Source of the DNA: Candidatus Amesbacteria bacterium RIFCSPLOWO2_01_FULL_48_25
GTDB lineage: Bacteria > Patescibacteriota > Microgenomatia > CAZETR01 > Amesbacteraceae
Assembly (NCBI GenBank): GCA_001773695.1
Contig: MEXN01000006.1
Location: 4,136 to 68,135 of the forward strand
Length of the DNA: 64,000 nt
Reading direction: 5' to 3'
Below the pieces are notes generated by a model, which had not been told where the DNA came from, did no database searches, and was given only the letters and a program-made list of their open reading frames with translations. The position numbers and the translations under genes were made by a program. Below, piece by piece: positions 58,316 through 64,000 of the stretch; positions within the stretch are counted from its first letter, which is position 1, and each line of letters begins with the position of its first letter.

Positions 58316-59878
58316 CAAAGGAGTGGCAACAAGTCCTGAGAGGTGAAAATTAATATCCTTTACAAATATTTTATTTATTTCTCTAGGGGTGTCAATTTTG
58401 GTTTCATTAAATCCTTCCTTTCTCAATCGAAGAACAAGATCTTTCTTTGGTGATTGCTTAAAATATCTTATGGCCACATCGGGGTCGCTCACAACCACAG
58501 TTTGGGGCAATTGGCGAATGTTGCTGTCAATAATTTCATATTTATAAATAGTATCAGTCCAAGCCCCATAGCTTTTACTTGAATAGAACTCTTTTAGAGT
58601 AATGTCTGGTAGCATCTGGTAGATTGGTATATTTTCAATACCAATAATACTTCCAGGCCTAATATTAGAAGTCATCCATTCAGAAGAAATTGCGCGGGGG
58701 TCTCTATTTAATTTGATTGTCACCCATGAGTAGGTCTCTACGAGTTGAAACGCTGTGCCAATCAAAAAAAAGGGGAGTATTAATTTTTTTGTCATTCCTG
58801 ACATCGATTTATAGAGACGATCAAGAGCTACAACTGCAAGAAGCGAAAGATACGGCAACAATACAAGTAACCGATTTCCCGTTGCGGACAGTTTTAAAGG
58901 AACAAGACTCAATAAAATGATTATTAAAGAAACAAGGAGAAACACAGCTTCCTTATCTCTAAAACCTCTGAAATTAAATATCAAAATAAAAAAACAAAAG
59001 ACGAAAACCAAATACGTAAAATGTCCAAAGACCACAGACAGCTCAGATGTCAGAAGAAATAGCCACCATGAAGACCCGAGAACGTAATTATCGCTAGCGC
59101 TAGGCCCACTAACCAAATTAGAATGAAGGTATTCGTAATAGCTTCCCTTGCCGAGAACAACATCAGGTATTCCCAAAAGAACAAACACTGAAATAAACGC
59201 TATAAGCCCCAAAACAAGGGCCTTAACCGACATGGTTTTCCTGGGAGTAAAATAATAAAATGAAAACAAATAAATCAGAAGTAATGGAATACCACTAACT
59301 TTAACTGCCAGGGCTAACGCATTTACAACGCCCAACAAAACATAGTTCTTTAAAGTAGGACTCCTCGCAAATTTAAAAGTAATATATATCGATAGGGTAA
59401 TCCAGAAGACCAAAGACACGTCATATTTAAAGTAATTACTTAACATTAACCATATGGGTGATATGGTGAAAAAGAAAGTTGCCACCCAAGGATTTACCTT
59501 AAAGTGCTCCTTAGATATCTTGGCTATTAGGATTATCGAAAATATTCCGTAAAGTAGAGTATTCAATCTAAAAACAACAAACAACTCATGCCAAATTGGC
59601 AATGACGAGACCGATGACTTAATCAAAAATGGATTAACTTGACCCATAAGATTAAAAGGAATCAGCCACACCCCAGCTTGAATGAAAAAAAACATAGTAC
59701 CATTTGCTGCTCCAGGTATATTAGGAGATCCATATCTAAAAACTGCCCTCACAGCTTGCAATTGATGCCACTCATCCATGTGGTAAGTAAAAGGATGATC
59801 AGGTCCTGGCAATCCCCAGGGCAAGATTTTCAACATTAAAACCATATACACCAAAATAATGCCTACAAACACCTTCAT
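58286..59878 (-). CDS. GT39/GT83-like membrane glycosyltransferase (PMT_2 / ArnT family)
   Basis: 'LPWGLPGPDHPFTYHMDEWHQLQAVRAV', an ArnT/PMT-type N-terminal loop with DE; multi-TM. Confidence 0.55.
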   Translation of the reverse strand: MKVFVGIILVYMVLMLKILPWGLPGPDHPFTYHMDEWHQLQAVRAVFRYGSPNIPGAANGTMFFFIQAGVWLIPFNLMGQVNPFLIKSSVSSLPIWHELFVVFRLNTLLYGIFSIILIAKISKEHFKVNPWVATFFFTISPIWLMLSNYFKYDVSLVFWITLSIYITFKFARSPTLKNYVLLGVVNALALAVKVSGIPLLLIYLFSFYYFTPRKTMSVKALVLGLIAFISVFVLLGIPDVVLGKGSYYEYLHSNLVSGPSASDNYVLGSSWWLFLLTSELSVVFGHFTYLVFVFCFFILIFNFRGFRDKEAVFLLVSLIIILLSLVPLKLSATGNRLLVLLPYLSLLAVVALDRLYKSMSGMTKKLILPFFLIGTAFQLVETYSWVTIKLNRDPRAISSEWMTSNIRPGSIIGIENIPIYQMLPDITLKEFYSSKSYGAWTDTIYKYEIIDSNIRQLPQTVVVSDPDVAIRYFKQSPKKDLVLRLRKEGFNETKIDTPREINKIFVKDINFHLSGLVATPLSISIFTKQI

Positions 59879-60936
59879 AAGTAGTACCTACTCCACATCC
59901 TTCCGAAGTTTGTCTCCATCATTTTCCTCACGTACTTAATTCCTACAAGTTGATACCATATATCATAATACGCTTTCGCCGTCCATCTGAATAGAAATAA
60001 AACCGGAGACTTCGAGTTAAACATCAGCCATTCAATTTTTGGTCCCAGGTGACGCAACCGCATCTCTGTCCCCATAACAATATTAGACCTGTCAGCTCTT
60101 TCAAAACTATACTTTGGCATAGCATCTCCCACCACCTTAACTTTCATAGATCCCAACCCGATTCTTTGGGATTTGACTATATGCTTGACGGAATATGGGT
60201 CAATCCCCATAACCGTTGCAACGACAGTATCCAGACCAACTAGGTCAGAAGATGCAAATATGTAACCAATCTTTCTTGGTCGGCCAGTTTTTGGCCCTTT
60301 TCCCTCCATACCAAATAATCCATCCATCAACGCAAACCGAATTTTACCTTTAAAAAAATTATTGACATCCGGTATTGCGTCATTCAAGACCATATGAAAA
60401 TTATGTCTCAAGTCGTGAATACACCCCCATTGATTTTTTAGGGCTCCAGTCAATTGGGAATACGAATGAGTCTTCAAAACCGGGACCGTAATAATTGTGT
60501 CTGCATCCAAAAGCACTTTGCTGACTCTCAATTTTTTTAAAACCACCCCCTTCTCAAATTTTATGTCCACAAACTCAGTGTTACTCAAATTCACAACTTC
60601 CACCCCATATTTATTAGCCATTTTTTCTATACCCTGAATCTTAAAGGAAACGTCAGCCCTAACTATTGCCGCTGTATCTGTGTCCACAATCGTTATTCTA
60701 TTTGGTCTTATCTTTTTTGATGACAAAACCGTCTTTAGTATTCCCTCGATTACCATGGGAGTTGTAGTGCAAGAAGGATAAATTTTGTCCCAGACAACAT
60801 TCACCTTAAGTACTAGATTTTTTCCACTGACTCTCTTCTCCCATCCAGCCAATCGCATAGCTTTATTAACAGCCCTAAAGACCGTTTCAGGGTCGACGGA
60901 TTTGTCATCAACCTTAACCACAGAAACTACACTCAT
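59875..60936 (-). CDS. DUF362 domain protein
   Basis: 'VPVLKTHSYSQLTGALKNQWGCI' matches the DUF362 core 'LKTH..AG.T.ALKN.FG'. Confidence 0.55.
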   Translation of the reverse strand: MSVVSVVKVDDKSVDPETVFRAVNKAMRLAGWEKRVSGKNLVLKVNVVWDKIYPSCTTTPMVIEGILKTVLSSKKIRPNRITIVDTDTAAIVRADVSFKIQGIEKMANKYGVEVVNLSNTEFVDIKFEKGVVLKKLRVSKVLLDADTIITVPVLKTHSYSQLTGALKNQWGCIHDLRHNFHMVLNDAIPDVNNFFKGKIRFALMDGLFGMEGKGPKTGRPRKIGYIFASSDLVGLDTVVATVMGIDPYSVKHIVKSQRIGLGSMKVKVVGDAMPKYSFERADRSNIVMGTEMRLRHLGPKIEWLMFNSKSPVLFLFRWTAKAYYDIWYQLVGIKYVRKMMETNFGRMWSRYYL

Positions 60937-61658
60937 GACTCAAATTTATTAGCTATTAACCTGAAATATTGTTTCACATTACGGACAATTTTCATCCCAC
61001 TCGTCCCTTTCTTTTTTCCATAGTCGTACACAAATGGCACCTCTTCGATTTTGTCAGTGAATTCCATACATTTTACCAAAAGTTCCGAATTGGCTGTAAA
61101 ATATTTGGTTTTTATTAAATCTGATTTATACTCTTTTATCGTTTTTTTTATCACTCTCATCTTATAAGCTCTGTAAAAAATTGTGTAGTCTTTTACCCCA
61201 TCTTTCGGGAAAAACAGTCCCAATGTCAAATTCGCCAACCTGCTCAACGCCAGTCTCCTCAAAGGAAAATTTCTATATTCTCCCCCTGGGACATATCTTG
61301 AGGCAATTACCAAATCTGCCCCACCTCTTATTTTATCTGTAATAACCCTGATCAACTCCGGAGTAGACGTGCCGTCACCCTCCATAATTATTAAAATATC
61401 CTCATCTCGCCCATCACGTTCCAACTCCCCCAAGCCGGTTTTTAGCGCCTCCGCCACACCCCTGTTTGATGCGTGACCCAAAACCACTGCAGGTAATGTT
61501 CTCGCCAACTCATTTAAAATCTTGCGACTTTTATCTTTGCTTCCATCATCGACCAGGTAAAATTTATGGCGATCATTTTTCAAAATCTTATGAATTTCTA
61601 GTACGCAACCTCGGATGTTTTTTTCCTCATTGTAAACTGGGATTAAGATTCTAATCAT
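60933..61658 (-). CDS. GT2 polyprenyl-phosphate glycosyltransferase (Dpm1/ArnC/GtrB-like)
   Basis: 'IRILIPVYNEEKNI...FYLVDDGSKDKS' and 'IMEGDG'. Confidence 0.7.
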   Translation of the reverse strand: MIRILIPVYNEEKNIRGCVLEIHKILKNDRHKFYLVDDGSKDKSRKILNELARTLPAVVLGHASNRGVAEALKTGLGELERDGRDEDILIIMEGDGTSTPELIRVITDKIRGGADLVIASRYVPGGEYRNFPLRRLALSRLANLTLGLFFPKDGVKDYTIFYRAYKMRVIKKTIKEYKSDLIKTKYFTANSELLVKCMEFTDKIEEVPFVYDYGKKKGTSGMKIVRNVKQYFRLIANKFES

Positions 61659-61660
61659 GG

Positions 61661-63088
61661 CTATTTATACAGCCTTATGTCAAATATCTCACCATAGGAT
61701 TCACATTGGCCAATCTTTTCGTAATCAGCATAGCTTAAATAATTTTCTATTTTCCCACAAGACGTCATTTTTCTAGTCAGCTCGTTTTCTGGTTGGTGAT
61801 CTCCCTCTTCCAAGAAAGCCAGCATGGGTCTTTTGGCGGTATATAAATATTGCCCAATTTTTTCTCCAAACTCACAGGTATTTTGTATCCCCGGCTCTTC
61901 CATGAGATTTGGGGTAGCGGGAGGAACGTCTGGGTAAAGCAAGTACAGCGATGCGACGTTATACAGAAATCTATTATAAGAAACACGTCCCACAAATATC
62001 GAATTAATTTTAATATTTTCAGTTTTATTTTTACACTCCGCTAACTCTCGATCCAAAACTACTTGAGCGTAGTTAAACTTAGGATTAAAAGATTTAACTC
62101 CCTTTACGTACCATCCAACCAGCGGCAAAAAGAACAGTGGGATAACGGCCTTAGGTAGCCAATTTACATGATCGCCATCGATAAACACATCTATCATAAC
62201 CCAAACCAAACTAGAGGCTGCCCATACTCCCAAAAAATGTGGCCAATCTGATCTTGCCAAAGCGTAAGGAACAAAAGTGACGATAAAGACAAGTGCAGCC
62301 GGAAAAAAATTTCTTACATTCTCATTAGACCAGGTTTTGATAGCTCGAAATATCAAGACAACAAACACAGCCCCAGCCAAATACACTAGTCCGTTGGGAT
62401 GAATAGGGAGGGTGGGTGGGGGCAGTGGCAAATGCCGGTATGACCCTTGCATCACTATCGGTAAGTAAATCATATATAAAAACGCATTTTTTAGCGTCCC
62501 ATTTAAAAGCAAGTAAACAGTCAAAGTCCCTAGTCCGATTAGATAGCCAAGCAATGGGAGTTTGGTTGAACTCCATCTGCCACTTGCAAAAAAAAGTAAC
62601 CAATCCCACCTCAACCACACATATGCCAACGAAAGAAGCATCAACGCTTTTTTGGCCGGAGTAAGGGATATTAAAAATATGACCTCCATCAAAATATATG
62701 GCAAACTCCCACTTCCCCCAAAAACCCGCAATATTATTCCCGACACAGCTAAATGCGTGGCCAAAACAAAATATTTGCCAGAATAGTTTTGAAAGACCTT
62801 CAAAATTAATACTGAAGCATAAACTACGAGTAAGGATTCTAAAGCTGTATAAAACAAATTGGATATAAAAACAGATTTAAAAGGAACAATCTTTCCTGCC
62901 AGCAAATACTGTCCTGGAGAGTAGATCAGAGAAAAATCCTTAAAAGGCACTAGACCACCCGCTACATAATTTTGGGCGGCAATTTGAATAGCCCCATCAA
63001 AATAATTGATCTCATAACTTCCAATTGCTTGTAAGAAAACGTTATAAATAAAGAAAAGAATACCGCACCAAAGGATTAGTTTTCTCAT
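61661..63088 (-). CDS. Polytopic membrane protein (hypothetical)
   Basis: Multi-TM. Start set at the internal Met 'MRKLILWCGILFF', because the 81-aa N-terminal extension in the ORF track overlaps the divergent gene. Confidence 0.4.
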   Translation of the reverse strand: MRKLILWCGILFFIYNVFLQAIGSYEINYFDGAIQIAAQNYVAGGLVPFKDFSLIYSPGQYLLAGKIVPFKSVFISNLFYTALESLLVVYASVLILKVFQNYSGKYFVLATHLAVSGIILRVFGGSGSLPYILMEVIFLISLTPAKKALMLLSLAYVWLRWDWLLFFASGRWSSTKLPLLGYLIGLGTLTVYLLLNGTLKNAFLYMIYLPIVMQGSYRHLPLPPPTLPIHPNGLVYLAGAVFVVLIFRAIKTWSNENVRNFFPAALVFIVTFVPYALARSDWPHFLGVWAASSLVWVMIDVFIDGDHVNWLPKAVIPLFFLPLVGWYVKGVKSFNPKFNYAQVVLDRELAECKNKTENIKINSIFVGRVSYNRFLYNVASLYLLYPDVPPATPNLMEEPGIQNTCEFGEKIGQYLYTAKRPMLAFLEEGDHQPENELTRKMTSCGKIENYLSYADYEKIGQCESYGEIFDIRLYK

Positions 63089-63902
63089 GGTGTATACTTT
63101 ACCACTGATGAAACCGGGTTTAACCGCAAAGTCCGCCATTGACCGTTTTTTTCCAGATTTCTGGTGCAATCCAGCAGATGTATTGCTCCGCGCATCTGAA
63201 GTTGTCATCTGGTCTCGCCAAAAGCTGGAAGCCCCTATTTTAGATATTGGCTGTGGAGATGGTAGTACCGGCGCTCGCTTGTTTGCAGGACGCAAAATAG
63301 ATATGGGAATTGATCTGGTGGGGTCAGACATTCCTTTGGCCCAGGCCTGTGGCGTTTACAAAAAAGCTATCCAAGCCGATGCCACTCACATGCCATTTAA
63401 AAATGCTTCTTTCGCAACCGTAACTTGCAATAGCACCATCGAACATATCGAAAAAGATATCAAAGCCATATCCGAGTTTTCCCGCGTTCTCAAACCCAAT
63501 GGGCGCTTACTGATTACTACCACCAGCACGCGTCTTCTGGAAACACTCAAACAGTTGCTTACTCCTGACGAAGTCGAAAAACTAAACAATAGGCTCGCCC
63601 ACTTTCACTACCGTTCAAAAGATGAGTGGCGAAAGATCCTTAGAAAACATGGCCTGACCATGGTCGAACATCACTATTACTTGCCCCCGGAAAAAATTGC
63701 CGCGTGGCTAAAGATTTTCAAAATTTCAACTGCCAGAATTTACCATCGGGAACTCTGGTCGTACTTGCGCGATTCGCCCTACGGCAAATTAGCCCCCAAA
63801 AACCTAATTACTAGATTCCTTAAATTCTATTTACCCAAACACATTGCTACCGATTTTTCCGAAAATGGCACCTGGCAATATATAATTGCCAGAAAGTCAT
63901 GA
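63087..63902 (+). CDS. Class I SAM-dependent methyltransferase
   Basis: 'ILDIGCGDGSTGARL' and 'ATVTCNSTIEHI'. Confidence 0.6.
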   Translation: MVYTLPLMKPGLTAKSAIDRFFPDFWCNPADVLLRASEVVIWSRQKLEAPILDIGCGDGSTGARLFAGRKIDMGIDLVGSDIPLAQACGVYKKAIQADATHMPFKNASFATVTCNSTIEHIEKDIKAISEFSRVLKPNGRLLITTTSTRLLETLKQLLTPDEVEKLNNRLAHFHYRSKDEWRKILRKHGLTMVEHHYYLPPEKIAAWLKIFKISTARIYHRELWSYLRDSPYGKLAPKNLITRFLKFYLPKHIATDFSENGTWQYIIARKS

Positions 63903-64000
63903 AGATCGCCCTTTTTCACAATTTACCCCCCGGAGGCGCCAAAAGAACCGTTTACGAACAAGCCAAATATCTTTCCCAAAATCACGAGCTTCATCTTTTT
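63899..64000 (+). CDS. Glycosyltransferase family 4, N-terminal fragment; the 3' end lies outside the window
   Basis: 'MKIALFHNLPPGGAKRTVYEQAKYL' GT4-type N-terminus. ATGA overlap with the upstream stop. Confidence 0.5.
   Translation, partial: MKIALFHNLPPGGAKRTVYEQAKYLSQNHELHLF

Noticed and set aside
61661-63331. 81-aa N-terminal extension of the minus-strand membrane protein given in the ORF track
   Set aside because: The extension overlaps the divergent methyltransferase gene and is low-complexity (S/P/R-rich). The internal Met at 63088, preceding the first TM helix, is the more plausible start.
1-64000. CRISPR array or other long interspaced repeats
   Set aside because: No direct repeats of 24-40 nt with regular spacers were seen. 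The tandem arrays found are contiguous 7-nt units, have 8 or fewer copies, and mostly lie inside genes.
1-64000. Alternative genetic code (UGA recoding, as in some CPR lineages)
   Set aside because: TGA is used as the stop in many ATGA start/stop overlaps, and long ORFs are intact under code 11.

Overview
This is a gene-dense, compact bacterial window of about 47% GC that uses the standard genetic code. TGA is used as a stop, often in ATGA start/stop overlaps. Gene content and style suggest a small-genome lineage such as a Candidate Phyla Radiation / Patescibacteria-like organism; this is inference only. Three blocks make up the window. (1) Positions ~1-27.4 kb hold a very large surface-glycan / lipid-linked glycosylation locus. 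It contains many GT4 and GT2 glycosyltransferases and several multi-pass membrane proteins of PMT/ArnT type (GT-C fold, GT39/83-like). It also has two Wzx-like flippases, an O-antigen-ligase-like protein, FkbM and class-I SAM methyltransferases, an LbH acetyltransferase, and the GDP-mannose pathway genes manC and gmd. A PglC/WbaP-like initiating sugar-phosphate transferase and a DUF4012 protein complete the locus. (2) Positions ~27.4-48.5 kb are a housekeeping block. It carries recO, a short minus-strand island encoding a retropepsin-like aspartic protease, and glyQS. It then carries a compact division/cell-wall cluster in the order mraZ-rsmH-ftsL-ftsI-dgkA-mraY-ftsW-murG-ftsQ-ftsA-ftsZ, with no mur ligase genes. 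After that come ileS, rodA, rplU, rpmA, parB, lepB and tRNA-Val(CAC). (3) Positions ~48.5-64 kb hold secreted hydrolases (a papain/C39-like peptidase and a GHSMGG lipase) and a second glycosylation module. That module has a GT2, a flippase, paralogous large membrane proteins, a GT39-like transferase, a DUF362 protein, a Dpm1-like GT2 and methyltransferases. The most unusual sequence-level signal is a set of about 20 short imperfect tandem arrays, mostly with a 7-nt period and 3-8 copies, lying in frame inside conserved genes (ileS, murG, recO, rsmH and several GTs) and in one intergenic promoter. A separate 10-bp-period triple GTGGT repeat directly upstream of mraZ matches the known MraZ operator architecture. 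No CRISPR array, rRNA or obvious mobile element is present.
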